DNA of 64,000 bases from Lepidodermella squamata (GCA_047495785.1 JBLDXI010000001.1:4030001-4094000), one strand, 5' to 3'. Shown: positions 1 to 13,258, numbered from the stretch's first letter. Made by a program: numbers and translations. The notes: generated from the sequence alone by a model not told the origin.

Positions 1-2931
1 AGGGTGCTTCAAGCTAATAGTCAAGGCAGTTTGGATGGGAAAATCCGTGCCGTAGTCATTAGAACCGGTTTCATGACGGCGAAAGGCGAACTTACCCGGC
101 TGATTCTCTACCCGAAACCTTTGGATTTTGAGTTCGCAGTTGATGCCGTCAAATTTATTGGAGTTATGGCAGCTATCGCTTTTGTTGGTTTGTGCTATAG
201 TATTGGACTCCGCGTTTCTCGTGGGGAAGAGTAAGTGTTTCACCTCAAGTTGAATTTAGCCAATTTTGTGATTTTTAGGAGAAACATTATCATACTTCGA
301 TCTCTCGATATTATAACAATCGCCGTTCCTCCAGCGCTTCCAATCGCCCTGACCATCGGCTACATGATGGCTCAGCGCAGACTGCAAAAACGAAGTGTTT
401 TCTGCACAAGCCCAAGTGCCATCAACGTCGCTGGAGTGGTCGATGTCGTTTGTATGGACAAAACTGGAACTATGACTGAGGGTGGTCTGGACTTCGAGAA
501 GCTACTCCCGGTGAAAGATGGCCATTTCGTCTCACATACCACCCCAGCTACTCTGCCAGACGATCATTTACTTAGGTGCCTAGTTTCCTGTCATTCCCTG
601 GCTTTGATCGATGGCAAGGCGATTGGCGATCCTATTGAGGAGAAAATGTTTGAACTAGCGAATTGGCACTTGCGACAATCTGATGTTGGCCAGACGTTCA
701 CCCTCGGCTCAGCAAATAATGAAAAATTCTCGCCGCTTATGGTCGTTCGTCCTCCAGAAACTGGCCATAGCATGGCTCCAGCGATCGGAGTTGTGCGACA
801 GCTCCCTTTTTCATCCCACTTCCAGCGAATGTCAGTTGTTGCATGCCCCGTTTTCGAGCAAGGCCAGCACTTGAATGAAACTGATAATATGGCTTTGTAT
901 CTCAAAGGAGCTCCTGAGGTTGTAGTCAACATTTGCCGAGTTACGACCGTCCCGGCTGATTTGGACATTCATCTTGGTGCTTTGACAGAAAACGGCTATC
1001 GAGTCTTGGGCCTGGCCACGAAATCCTTGTCCGGCTACGCTTTGAACGAAATTCTAGGCGCGGATCGGGATGATTTGGAACGAGATCTTGATTTCCTCGG
1101 TTTTCTGGTCTTTGAAAACAAACTGAAGCCTGAAACATGCGGTGTTATTAACAAGTTGAAACAAGCTAAACTGAGGACGATCATGCTAACTGGTGACAAT
1201 GCATTGACTGCTGTAAGCGTGGCGAGACAAGCTGGAATCATTGAAGAGAAGGACCAGGTCTTGATAGTTAATGCGTTCGCTCCATCGCCCGATACCAACA
1301 ATAAGCCTGTCCTTAACTTTATCGAGGTCCAAAGGCGATTCACCGGAAACGAGTCGGAATCAGAGGTTAACTCACCGCGAAATGTTGCGGTTCCTGTTAA
1401 AACTGGGAAATTCAAAGGCGGGGAAAGGCCACCCAGTTACATCCTAGACATGCTTCCTATAGCTCCGTCCAAGGCTATAAAGCTAGTTGTCACTGGATCT
1501 TCCTGGGCTGCGATAAAGGACCACTTCCCAGAGGAGATTGATCGAATTCTGATGCGAGGAGCTGTATTCGCTCGAGTAAATCCTAATCAGAAGAAGGATG
1601 TTATCGAAGGACTACAAAGACTGGGCCTTTACGCCTTGATGTGTGGAGATGGTGCTAATGACTGTGGTGCTCTGAGAGCTGCGTGTACCGGCGTTAGTTT
1701 ATCACAAGCTGAAGCTAGTGTCGCGAGTCCTTTCACCTCAAGAATCGAAAACATCTCGTGCGTCCATTTACTAATTCGAGAGGGACGATGTGCTTTGGTT
1801 ACTTCCTTCTCAATCTTCAGGTTTATGTTACTTTATGGTAAGAATTTCTTTTTGTTAAGTACGGATGGTTATTCTTGTTTGGTTTTAGCGTTCATCCAGT
1901 TCATCTCTACCTTCATTTTGTACTACACCCGAGCTAATTTGAGCCAATACGGGTTCCTTTACGCTGATCTATTTCTCGCAACGACTTTGGTCTTCACGAT
2001 GAGCTTTACGGAAGCCTACGACCACTTGGTGGCTGAAAAACCGCCGTCAAGCCTGCTTGACATACAACCACTGCTGTCGATCGTGATTCAGGGATTTTTC
2101 ATCATTTTCTATCAGGTGCTTTCTTATCTCTACCTCATGTACGGCCGCCATTCGTGGTTTCTACCGTTCAATCCGCCTGAGCATGATACAGAAAATTACT
2201 TGAGCTTCGAATACTACGCCGTGTTTTTGGTCAGTGTGTTCCAGTACCCTTGCATCGCGATTGTTTTGTCTAAGGTATGCACTTTTGATTGATTTAACCT
2301 TCGATAATATCATGTTTAACAGGGAGTTCCGTTTCGCAAACCGATTTTCACGAACTGGCTTTTCTGTCTGAATTTGTTTATCAATTTCGCGTCAAACCTA
2401 TTCACCTGCTTCGACCCTTTACCGCCGTTTCCACGGTACCCGAAGAACTTGGTGAATGCTGAGTTCTCATCATTCGGATCACTGCTGTCTCTAGAGTTGC
2501 CTCCCAACATGGAGTATCGAGGCATAGTCTTCCTTTTCTCCGTCATGTTCTGCTTCACCAGTTTGCTTGTTGAGATTATATTTGTCGAACGGCCTTGGCT
2601 GGCCAATGCGATAAGAAGTTGCTTCAGCAAGATTTCGCGCAAGAAAGCTCATCGGCGGAAGTATGAAGTTCTGGAAGAGCAACTCGGCAGTGCTGGCGAT
2701 AACTGGCCGCCTGTCAGCCGGTCTGCTCAGGACGGGGCGGTGACACTGCTGGCACAGGAGCATCAAATCGAGGGGCATAAGGCTCACCCCGAGAATCACG
2801 AGGACGAAATTTTCACTAGGCCTTTGCCTAAACTACCTCCCGGTGTCCAGAAATCAACAGATTTATCTGCAGTTGGTAGTTCGAATACGAAGGGCAATGT
2901 TAATGACGCTTTATTCAGCGCTGCGATATGA
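1..2931 (+). CDS. P5B-type cation/polyamine-transporting ATPase (ATP13A2/3-like), 3' part; 5' end lies outside the window
   Basis: PPALP, DKTGT phosphorylation site, KGAPE, MLTGDN, MCGDGANDCGAL. Introns 231-278, 1838-1888 and 2275-2322 (GT..AG) join the ORFs into one frame (SK|GVPFRKP). AATAAA at ~3006. Confidence 0.95.
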
Positions 2932-3470
2932 TTAATTGATTTCGACCCGGTGTATATCAAATTTGATTATTTATAAGAGTTGTGAGCCCTACAATTTTAT
3001 ATTCCAATAAAATCTGATAATGCAGTCATGATTTTTCGAATTGAGGAATAGCATTGGAGATACTAGAGGAGAAGAAATTTGTAGAACTTTAAGACAGAAA
3101 GATTGCTGTCCCAAAATTGTTAGAATATGTTTTCAGCCGAAGATCTGATTTGCGATTCCCGGCTGCATGGATGCCGTTTCCCAATCAGTTGCTGCCAAGA
3201 GTTGTAACGCTGATCTTAATTGTTCGCGAGCTCATTTCATAACGCTAACACGTTTGAATACAAAATATTCCCATTTTTATTATGCTTCCAATAAGAAAAC
3301 GGCAGAATGATTGTAACTAAGAGTTCGATTTCAGGAAGACTTTCTTGGTACAAAGGAAGAAAAATAAGTTGTTCGATTCGTCATAAGTATTGTTCACAAT
3401 CCCTCACTTGGGTATATACATTATACAAAAAAACGGACGGGTGAAAAACAAAGGTTGGTTGTCAGTGATT

Positions 3471-4106
3471 TTATAGCGCGACAAGAATGAGACACGACGA
3501 AGCAAGAAGACCTGTGGTGATAGCAAATGTGGTCACAGCCGACGACTTGGCTTGTTGCGATTGCGCTGACAAATCTGTGCCGCTTTTGCCTCCACGGTCG
3601 CGCAGCAATTTCGCTGTCGCGGTTTCCTTGGCGTAGTTGGCAGAGTCCAGAGCCGTCGCGCCATCCTTGGTCTGAGCGTTGATGAAAGCGCCACGGTCCA
3701 ACAGCAGCCGGACAGTTTCAGTCCGGCCAGCATACGCCGCGGCAATCAAAGCCGTTGAGCCGTCGTTATTTTTCGACTCAATATTCGCCTTTCTGTCCAG
3801 CAACAGCGCGCAGGTTTCGGTTTTGCCAGCGTATGCAGCGACAACTAATGGGGAGGATCCGTCACGGTTGGGCGATTCAATGTTAGCACCACGGTCGAGA
3901 AGATACCGACAAACTGCTGTGTTTCCAGCGTAGGCAGCAGCGACGAGAGGGGTAGCACCATCGACACCTCGTGCCTCGATATTCGCGCCCTGATTGAGTA
4001 GAGACGTGACAGCGTTGAGATTGCCTTCGTAGGCAGCGTTGATCAGATCGTCGTCTTTTCCAGCCAGCGCCACGCCAGCGAACAGCAGCAATGTTATGTA
4101 TCTCAT
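3471..4106 (-). CDS. Ankyrin-repeat protein (~4-5 repeats) with N-terminal signal peptide and C-terminal GPI-like hydrophobic tail, 211 aa
   Basis: MRYITLLLFAGVALA|GKDD signal peptide; repeats G(A/S)(T/S)(P/A)L..AA..G...V..LL..GANI; tail SSAVTTFAITTGLLASSCLILVAL*. Coding region has no intron. Confidence 0.9.
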   Translation of the reverse strand: MRYITLLLFAGVALAGKDDDLINAAYEGNLNAVTSLLNQGANIEARGVDGATPLVAAAYAGNTAVCRYLLDRGANIESPNRDGSSPLVVAAYAGKTETCALLLDRKANIESKNNDGSTALIAAAYAGRTETVRLLLDRGAFINAQTKDGATALDSANYAKETATAKLLRDRGGKSGTDLSAQSQQAKSSAVTTFAITTGLLASSCLILVAL

Positions 4107-6035
4107 TCTCAAAAATAACACTAGAAATAAACAATAAAGAAGCGTTGAAACAGAGGAAATGATCGAAAAGTGAAAATCTCAAATTATCAATTTCAATATC
4201 AATAGAAATAGTAATCACAATTCGGATGCTTAGGCAACATTTTAGCGGAAAATCAACAACTACACACTCGAAGTCGTCGTGCGATTTCCATCGTGAAAAC
4301 GACGGCTTAAAACACAATCAGGAGGGCATTCGCTTCCGTTAGTGATCAGAGATTGATCCCGGACAAGTTAAACATATGAATGCTAAATAATGATGCGCCC
4401 TGAAAAATCCGGACAAAAGTTTAGGACAAATTCAACTCATTTCAATAATAAAATCCCTAGTAATTCCCCTTTATTAGGCTTTAGGCTTAAATCACTAGTG
4501 GATTAGTGAGAGAAGAGGGGGAGGCTTAATCGCTTTTTCTGGCTCTAAAACAGTAATAGAAACGTTTATAACTCCTGAAAGTATCGTCAAATGAAACTCA
4601 ACTTCCTACTTGATTGAAATTCAAAATGGCCAACTGTTAGCGCCTTAATGGAAGTGTGTTGACTGATCGAAATGCTCGAAAACAATTTCTCGAAAGTTGT
4701 GTTGATCCTAGGAAACTAGAATCCTAGGAACTTAACGAGCCTATTGTGTCCTTACTGCGTGCAGATGTTAAGAAAGAATGAAGTTACCCTTCTGCCACAA
4801 AATTAAGACTTTGATTTCTAATCACTCGGTAATTCAGTTCTCATAAATTTAATGAGCAAGGCTAAACGCTGATCTCATTGGTTGTTGATGTCTAGACTGA
4901 GTAAATGAGAATGACAATTTATACGGCGAAAATCTTTAAAAATGTATCCAGGGTCTAGTAAATCACAACAAAGAACCTAAAATCAGGAATATAATGAAGA
5001 GAAGACATATAAAGGGAAATGCTGTCGGTTGTTGGGATTAAGGTTGCCTTTTCATTGAAAAAGGACAATTTCGCCTGAATATTCGGGCACCTGTCCAACG
5101 AGTTATAGCGATGAACTGTAATCCGCGAACTGTAAATCACTGCCAAGGACATAAGTTGTTCTATCTGCGGCGAATAAGCCGCCACCCAGGGGAGCGTGAT
5201 AAGGAAGGAGCAGCTTGAGACCATTTATAGCGCGCACAGCGAATTATACTAAGTTGACTGTGAGCGCGCGGTTGCCGCTCGCGGTCAGCCGTATATTCTC
5301 AAGACGGTGATAATATCGGCGCGCATTCGGCAATATTTGCACTCGACGCAGCTCTCTCGATGGCCTGCTGCGATCGATTTTTCAAGAGAGAGAAAGCCGC
5401 ATCGGTCTCAATACACACTTGAGTTTATATCCGCTGCTCTAACTATAACAGCAGACAAAGATATATGAGCGGCATTTACAATAGCGGGCTGGAAATCAGT
5501 ATTTTAAATACAACAAATGCGATTTGTTTCAGCTAAAAAATGACAAGTTGTTTCTTACGAGAGGATAGCGCGCGTCGGGTGAAAAAAGACGATGGCTTTT
5601 ATAGACAAGAGGGCGGGCGGCCATTGTTTTACGCCTAATCACGGCCCACTACTTGACGGAACACTTCGGACATGACTGTGCTGTAGTCGGATATTGCAGC
5701 CAGGTGTCGGCACAATGGCCATTCGGCATGACAGCTCTCGCTATGGAAAAAGAAGAAGAACGCGCTACTTGTCAGGGATATAAGACACAAGACCCAGCTC
5801 GGTGCGCCGCGTTAATGCGAGATTGAGCTCGTACTAGGTCGCGTGGCGTTATTTGCCGAGCAATTTTTTTGCCCTGCCTTTACTTACAAAGAACAGCGAC
5901 GTTGTCGGCCTAAGCGCAGCCGTTTGCATCAAGTAGATATTAATGTTTAATAATATTATTACTACCTGTCGCGAGCGCCTGAAATTGAGGTGAACGAGTT
6001 TTGTTTACTCTGTATTTAACGTGAGCAAATAAATG

Positions 6036-6060
6036 TCTCTCTCTCTCTCTCTCCCTCCCT
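6036..6060. repeat. (TC)n microsatellite
   Basis: tctctctctctctctctccctccct. Confidence 0.8.
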
Positions 6061-6939
6061 GAGTTCCAAAGCCCAGATTACGCCGCGGCAGTTGCACATA
6101 ATACGCCCATATTCCGTTTTTTGTGTTCACTTCATTGTCTCAGAGAAACGCCTTCGCATGCTTAGTCATCACTTTAACATGAAAGTATCAAGCCAAGCGT
6201 AGCAGATCAATTAAGATGAGGAATGATAAAGAAAACAAACAACGGTGAATTTCGTAGAATGAGTCAAAAAAAATTCGGCCTCGTAATTGAAGTCGTTGTA
6301 ACACTCAGCACGTGGGCATGTCTCAAGTACTCACCTTGTTGCGTGCATCGACTTTTTTGCTTTCCACTAACCGTTGTCCAGCATCACAGTTTGAAATTAA
6401 AGAATTCTGAGCTGCGTTTCTGTTTCGGTAAAGCCAATGGGATTAATGTTTTGTGTTATTTGTAGCTTGGTGAAAGTATCCTCAGAAACATTATAAAGCT
6501 CATCGCCTTCGGGCTAGATACGCCAGAAGTATTATGCTAAGAAATGCTGAGAAATGTATCTGCTTTGTCTGCATTTGGGCCACTTTGATGGTTATTCAGC
6601 CTATTCCCGGCGAATTATCAAAGAGATTGAATTCAACATCGGAAACCCGCGTGCTGGGTTACGAGTTATGCAACGACTGCAAGCCCAATTAAGTTTCGAT
6701 GATTTTCATTATCCAAATCTTCCGACTTCGTAGACTCAAGAATAAAAATGAGATGTCCACTCGCGGAAAATGAAGGCTTTCTGGTCGAATCCTCATATTA
6801 AGTTTAATCATCCATTTTGCATGATACATTTTATGAAAGCACTGTCCCTTCAGCGGAACGATTAAAGGAAGCTAGTTTATGTTAACCTTCACCAAACTTT
6901 TCAGTCTTTTGCTCTCACCTCGCATCAGACACTCATTGA

Positions 6940-7557
6940 TCAGGCGACAATCCGAGCGGCGACTGAATAGAAGACAACTGAAATAAGGGGAATCAAGCAA
7001 CTGGAGTCTTGAAAGATCGAATTCGACCCAGAAGCACCTCTCGCACGCAAATATTCCGCAGTGTCTAGGTAGTTTGCCCATTTCGCAACAGTCAAAGCCG
7101 TTGCACCGTTGTTGTCCCTTGCATTCATGTTCGCACCCCTCTCTATCAACTGCCTGATAATAGCTGTTCTTCCAGCGAAAGCAGCAGCAATCAACGGAGT
7201 CGCCCCATTCTTGTTTCTAGCTTCAATGTTAGCCTTGTTATCCAGAAGGATACCGACAGTTTCGTTCTGCCCAGCAAAGGCTGCTGTTAGCAAAGCAGTA
7301 TCCCAGTCTAAGTTCCTAGCCTCGATATTAGCGCCCTTGGTTATGAGAAGTTTGACAATCGCATTGTTTCCAAAATAACTCGCCTCGATCAATGCAGTAT
7401 TACCTTTCAAATCTCGAGCTTCAACACTGACACCCTTATCCAGGTAGTCCAAGATTGCATCGGGAAGATTATCAGATGCCGCGGCTATGAAAGCTGCCTC
7501 TCGAGATATTGCCTCGACACGGGCGAACAAAACCAAAAACCAGCAAATTCTAAGCAT
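6940..7557 (-). CDS. Second ankyrin-repeat protein with signal peptide and GPI-like tail, 205 aa; paralogue of 3471-4106
   Basis: MLRICWFLVLFARVEA signal; GNTALIEA, GATPLIAAAFAGRT, GANIEAR repeats; tail SGSNSIFQDSSCLIPLISVVFYSVAARIVA*. Confidence 0.9.
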   Translation of the reverse strand: MLRICWFLVLFARVEAISREAAFIAAASDNLPDAILDYLDKGVSVEARDLKGNTALIEASYFGNNAIVKLLITKGANIEARNLDWDTALLTAAFAGQNETVGILLDNKANIEARNKNGATPLIAAAFAGRTAIIRQLIERGANMNARDNNGATALTVAKWANYLDTAEYLRARGASGSNSIFQDSSCLIPLISVVFYSVAARIVA

Positions 7558-8371
7558 TGGTAGTAGTATACGCAAATAATTTTAATGTTTAATTCCTTCA
7601 TTTATGAGTTGTCTATTTTTCCGAGGCGATAGAACGTGAGCAGGTGAGCTAACAATAACGCTGTTTAATTTCTCGAGAATTCTCCCTAAATTGCACGATC
7701 TATTGATTTTTCTCGCTAGTAAAGCACTTGAGGCGTCAATGTTCTAAGGGACCATTCCTGTTCATGAAAGAAATTCGAAACCTAACAACATGATTCTTCT
7801 CGTTGAGACACTGCTTATCAGCTATTCATCGAACGTGTTTTCAAAGGTCTGAAGCGAAAATGCTTTTAAATCGTGTCTCAAAATTGCTACCCTAAACCTT
7901 TCGGAAATCCCAGATTCAACTTTGGGACTGTGATCTCGCGGAGGTTGAGTGTCTTTGGTGGGGGATAACTGTATTTAAGCGGTGATTTCCAGCGAGTAAA
8001 TCACACTGAAACAACTTTTTTCTCAATTCAAAGCATCTAAAACTTCAACAATGACTTTCGACTACATTTTTTACTACGTCATGGTTGTGGCTAATCAACC
8101 AACCCGTCGAGAAGTCAAGCATCAAACAACGAAGCGACAGCAACTCGAATATGTCAAGGTGGCTCTCAAGCCGCAATAATAGACATTTGTGAATTTCGAT
8201 TTTTCATACCTCTACTTGACAATAATAAAACACATAATCGCCCACCGTTTTTGTCTGTAATTGCACTTTGGTCCCATGGTGATACAGCGCAAAGTGATTG
8301 CTGTTTTGTTCGATGCATACAGAAATCGAAATTTTTGAAAGTTTTTAGCTGCGCTTCAGTTCGAACACAAA

Positions 8372-9695
8372 ATGATCCTGTTTTTGACAGCAATTTTCTT
8401 CGGCCAGGCTTGTGCAGATTTGCCAGAAGACATTTCACTCTTGCTGTATCCTGACCTGCAGAATGTGTACTACGATAAACATCCTACAAGTGAGCCATTG
8501 TATGACTCAACTTTTCAATTCAATGAAATTTGAATCTCCGCAGTATATACAAACTATCAGAACCATTGCAGATTGACGAATTACACAATTATGGACGATG
8601 AAAACTACTTCATTTATGGCAGTTTGCCAAAATCTGCCATTGCCTTATCCCTCTCTTACACAGCAAAGTGTTTTATTCAAATAACAGCCAGGGAAGATCT
8701 GATTTTACGACTTCAGCTTTCAATGGCTTCGTCGGGTCTTTGCAGATCAACCAGCGTCTCCCGGAGGTGGTCAGCTCCTGACCAAGTGATGCTCAGGGCA
8801 TGGAGTGGTTTGATAGAGGAAGCGTATCTGGAAACATCCTATGGCGACCTTAATTTGGTTAGTCACCCTATTTCAATCCATTCTAGGTAATTTCTTTCTT
8901 CTAAAGATAATGCAAGCTCCTTCGTCGAAGTTGGGCAACTATTGCGCATCCATGGACGTGAAATCTGCAGTAAACTCGGTTACAATTCTAGCTGAATTTA
9001 CGGGCGATTTTTCACCCAAAAGCGATTTCAACTTCACACTTCAAGTGACAACCCTCGACAAATCGTCTGTTTCTTACGCATCCGACTCTGGATCGCTTAC
9101 GTCAACGCAAGCTATCATTCTCTACGTTCTGCTCGCCATCGGGGCCTTTTTCCTTCTCGTCATAGTAGCATTCCGCATTTTCTTCTATCCACGCAACGGA
9201 GTTCCTTTCAAACAGTTCTGCCTACGTCACAAAATCTGCGGTTGCTGCGTTGGAGAAATTCAAAGCCAACCTGCAGCTAATGTAACGAGACGACGTCAGC
9301 GGCGCATTTTGAATGATGTCGCGAGTTTGGATCAAGTTGCTGCTATCGTTTCCTCCGGGCACTTTTCAACTCACACGAATGTTTTCCTTCACCAAGAATT
9401 GCAACGAGCAGCTGTTTACTGTAAGCAAATAAAAACGTGTTTTCTAGTTTAAAATTTTCTCTATTCAGATACTAACGTAAAATCGCAAAGGCTTATGCCG
9501 TTAATGGAGATGAAAAGTGTGGACTCGATGAAGTCGTTGCGTGGTTGCGAGATCCCATCAGCGAGCGCCCGTGGTCCTAGGATCCTTTCCATGGGGCTCT
9601 CGGCTGAAAGCGAGGAGCTAATCGAACCGAAAATGCCGGCATATCCAATCAACAATGCTGTCAACACGGCAACGCAACATATTATTTCAAGATGA
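8372..9695 (+). CDS. Family member A: type I membrane protein with divergent CUB-like ectodomain
   Basis: Signal MILFLTAIFFGQACA; phase-1 intron, then IYTNYQNHC..ENYFIYGSLP..C..FNFTLQV; TM AIILYVLLAIGAFFLLVIVAF; Cys cluster ICGCC; introns near 8490-8543, 8858-8907, 9421-9468. The 3' end is less certain. Confidence 0.75.
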
Positions 9696-11050
9696 TTCAT
9701 ATAACACAATTTCGTGTTCTGTGACACCCGTTTTGTTGCCTTGTTGTGTTTTTAAGATAAAATTCAAACTTCTGACTTTCCGACCGGCGTCACGCGACTC
9801 GATAGCTGTATGAATCAGATACCTGCCGGAAGCGCAGCACTCAAGAGTGCTTCTACGGAGAACGAATTCGATGCGAAACCTTTTCTCGGACGAATTTTCT
9901 GCGAGAAAAATTGACTTCTGCGAATGGCGTCGCCTGTCGAGCGCATGGTTGAGCATTTGTTCTACAGCGTGATGGTCGGGCTACCGAATTCGAGGAAGGC
10001 AATCTATTACCGCTACATATTGCGCCAGCTTCACATAAGCACGCCGTCTGATGACCAGCAAACATCAAGCAACAGTGATGAAAATCGGAGGGTTGTGCTG
10101 AATGTTGAGCAGGTCGTGCTGGAATTTCTTATATCAGACGACGGGCTTGTTACGAATCTTTCAGCGCAACGCGAATCATGATTCGGTTGTGTTCCGATTT
10201 CGTTTTGATTGTCGTGACTTTTACGATATTTGACTCAATAAATAATTATCGAACCCGGTGATTTTCCGCCTCTTATTTAGTGATGATATCAACTATCAAC
10301 CATATCAAGGCTTACAACGCTGATCTGAATCTAAATCCATCTACAGTGATGATTTTTTAGGTTAATTTTTGTTTCAGTATGTATTCATGTTGATGACGAT
10401 CAGTGGGATCTCCAGCCTAATATGACTTACTAATTAGCAAACCCAACAAAGAAAATGGAGTACGAATCCCAATATTTTTGGTATTTTAATTTTGTCGAAG
10501 GAACCTCGGATATTGGAATCCTTTATGTTTGGTTGGTTAAGCCTTGGTTACGCAGTGGAAGGCTTGAGGTGAAAATTGAGGGGAACATCGAAAACCTCTC
10601 GAGGGTGCCCTAAATTTGCAGAATTGCATAACAGCATCACATCTGAACCTAAACTGAACCTAATTTCTCCCTTTTACTTTGAACAACGATGGCTCGCTAA
10701 CGGTGAGGAATTAGCTTATGAGATTTTGTGAGCTTACTGCGAAATAGGTTTTGACCATTGATGGTCAAAATATATGAGCCCGGAGAACCTCATGGCTATG
10801 GAATGACAGTGTTTGAAAAAAGTCGACTTTGACTTTAGACTCTTTGAAGTTGACTGTGATGCAATTTTACGCATATTTCGTCGCGTTGCGTTTGAAGGGG
10901 CCGCTCTCGAAATGATCTATCCAAAATGATCAGCTAAGCGAGAGCCATAAGAGAGAGATACCGATTTATTGGTGGTCTGCGTTACATAATTCTTAGTAAC
11001 ATTGCCTTTAAGACACAGAGATATGAATTAATTAACTTCAGTATACTTGT

Positions 11051-11190
11051 ATGGTATGACATGAGTAAAACGTTTATATCTGTACGGAGCCACCCGAGAT
11101 TTACGAGTCGGAACGAGCCGGAGGCGAGTTGCGATGAGTAAATCGAGTGCGGCGAGTTCAGATATGAACGATTTACGAATGTTATACCGT
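11051..11190. repeat. 140-nt imperfect palindrome with five tandem GA/GA mismatches and a c(GGA)g loop
   Basis: Arms atggtatgacat-GA-gtaaaacgtttatatctg ... cagatatgaacgatttac-GA-atgttataccgt; centre aac-GA-gcc-GGA-ggc-GA-gtt. Confidence 0.8.
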
Positions 11191-11891
11191 AAAATATCGA
11201 ATTGTCAATGCGACTCGACCTATATTTCTGGGGACAATTCTATATTTAGGTGATATTTCTTAATAATAAGTATTGGTTATTTATCGTTGGTTGGAATATA
11301 GATGGTGGTGAAGAATTCGAATACTGTCTTTGAGGGCCTGTGAAGCGATATCGATGGCTGTGCCGGCGTTGATTCCATAATCGCGCAGAAGTTTTACGGC
11401 TTCTGTTGTCAGGGATCCGCGGGCACCGATATATAGTCCATGTACTTCTATTGAATCTAGGTTGTATGCTGCGCAAATAAACTTGCTACATGGCTCGTAT
11501 ATTGCGCGTTTTTCCGCATCGACCAATTCGAATTGGTTTTGCGAAGACTCGCATCTGATAGTTGGATCAATAATTATTCCTGTTCGGCTTCCTTTTCGGA
11601 GGGCTAGGATATCAAAGCGGCGAGAAGAGCCGTTGCTGGCTACACAATGTCCTTCCTCAGTCATGAGACGTACTATAGGACGCCGCGGCTTGCTGAGAAT
11701 CAGAAAAAGCGTGATATTTTTAATGAGGTCCAAAGTCCAACTTGACCAATGAATCATCTCATTACACTTTTTGCAATCATCTCAAGCCTCTTTTTTGCTT
11801 AAGATCAACGAGATCAACACATCTTTACACAGCATCACGCCGATCTTTTGCTGTAAATTAATTCTCAGCGGTTTTTAATTATTGACATTTA

Positions 11892-13258
11892 GAGCCATGT
11901 GATCGAAAAGAATGTTTTTATGAAATCTTATTCTCAGTAAATTTATTAAATTAATATTTTTCCGGGTGTGATCGAAAGGAAATTTGCCCCAATTTTTATT
12001 AAATTTATCTGATTTTGAGAAAACCTTAAAATTATTGCTGTTGCGTAACAAGTGAAAATATTGCGAAACACAGATGTAGGTGTCATTCTCAATTTCATTC
12101 TCAATATTGAAAAATTAAGGCGACTTCAAGTTCCTTGACGAAACTTGAATTTTTCAGCCTTCTTATTCAACATTTCGAAAAAAAAATCAATTTCAAGGTT
12201 CTCCAAGTTATAGCCTTATTTCGTGCTCTAGAACTTGAAACTATAATCGTAGGCTCAATTTTCGCTTCGCGTTGATCGGTTGATCGGTTCGCGATGGGAA
12301 ACAGAATGATAATAACGAGAAGAAGGGCAAGAGAGAAAGGGGCAAGAATTACACAAGAAATTAAAATTGTAATTCGATATCTTGGTATGAACCTCATCGC
12401 GGCGACTCCGGGAATCCATGTTTGGTGTCCCTCATAACGCATCTGAGTGATCCTTTGAGCGAAGTTCAGCGTCGATCCCAGGCCACGTTCGAATTGTCAT
12501 CGAATGTCTTTTTGGTATACTCAAAGGTTGCTTCAGAGTCATTCGCGATGATGACAACAAATTTCGACTCCGCTACACATTTATTCTGTGTGCCCGTTGC
12601 GTGCTTCATAATATTGCAACATCGCGAAACGAGCGTGTTGATGAAAACTGGCTACCTCAAGAGAAAGAAGGCTCACATAGTTTTTCCCACTTATCTAGCG
12701 CTTAAGGGTAGTGCAGTAGGCTTTGCTCGTCGGGGTCAACTAGTCGAAATTTTCGATGAAATTTTGACGAAATTGATAAAAATCAAGCTCGACTTCAATA
12801 AACTTGATATGAAGACGAACATCACAAGTGCCTGCTCAAACTTAGCGCGGTTCGAAGGAGAAAGTGTCTGGACAGGAATTGGCGATGTTTGTAGCCCTGT
12901 TGCGTAATCGATTTTGGGCAAAAATATATTAATTTTAAGGAATTTCGCCAAAAATCAAATAAAATCTATGTCCTGCTCGGGGCAGGACATAAATTTTATT
13001 TGATTTTTGCCAGATTTTGTCGTTTTCAGCCAAATTTTATTAATATTTGACAATAAATTGTCATGAATGAGGTCAAACAGGAAATTTAAATAAATTTTGA
13101 TAAATTTGACGCCGATCTGGCTCAAAAATTATCGAATCTTAAATATTAAATAAAAATTTACCGAAAAACGGTAAAATTTAAATATTTTTTAGCTCAAAAC
13201 GACAGAATTTATTTAATTTCAGCTTTTTATAAAAACATTTACTTCGATCACATGGCTC
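11892..13258 (+). mobile_element. PIF/Harbinger element remnant nested in the P-like element
   Basis: TIR GAGCCATGTGATCGAA..AATGTTTTTAT at both ends; 3-bp TSD TTA (11889-11891, 13259-13261). Frameshifted transposase C-terminus at ~12401-12760: GDSG.PCL..LIT ... VIECLFGILKGCFR ... CVLHNIA ... GFARRGQLVEIF. Confidence 0.85.
12950..13009. repeat. Inverted repeat (hairpin) inside the Harbinger remnant
   Basis: aaaaatcaaataaaatctatgtcctgc-tcggg-gcaggacataaattttatttgattttt. Confidence 0.75.

Noticed and set aside
231-2322. All three ATPase introns are multiples of 3 (48, 51, 48 bp)
   Set aside because: Two contain in-frame stops and three cases are compatible with chance; there is no evidence for regulated retention.
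4900-6000. GC-rich stretch with short hairpins between the ankyrin genes
   Set aside because: No TIR/TSD, coherent ORF or recognisable RNA gene could be defined by eye.
12422-12907. 161-aa ORF as an intact gene
   Set aside because: Mostly an off-frame read of a frameshifted Harbinger transposase remnant.
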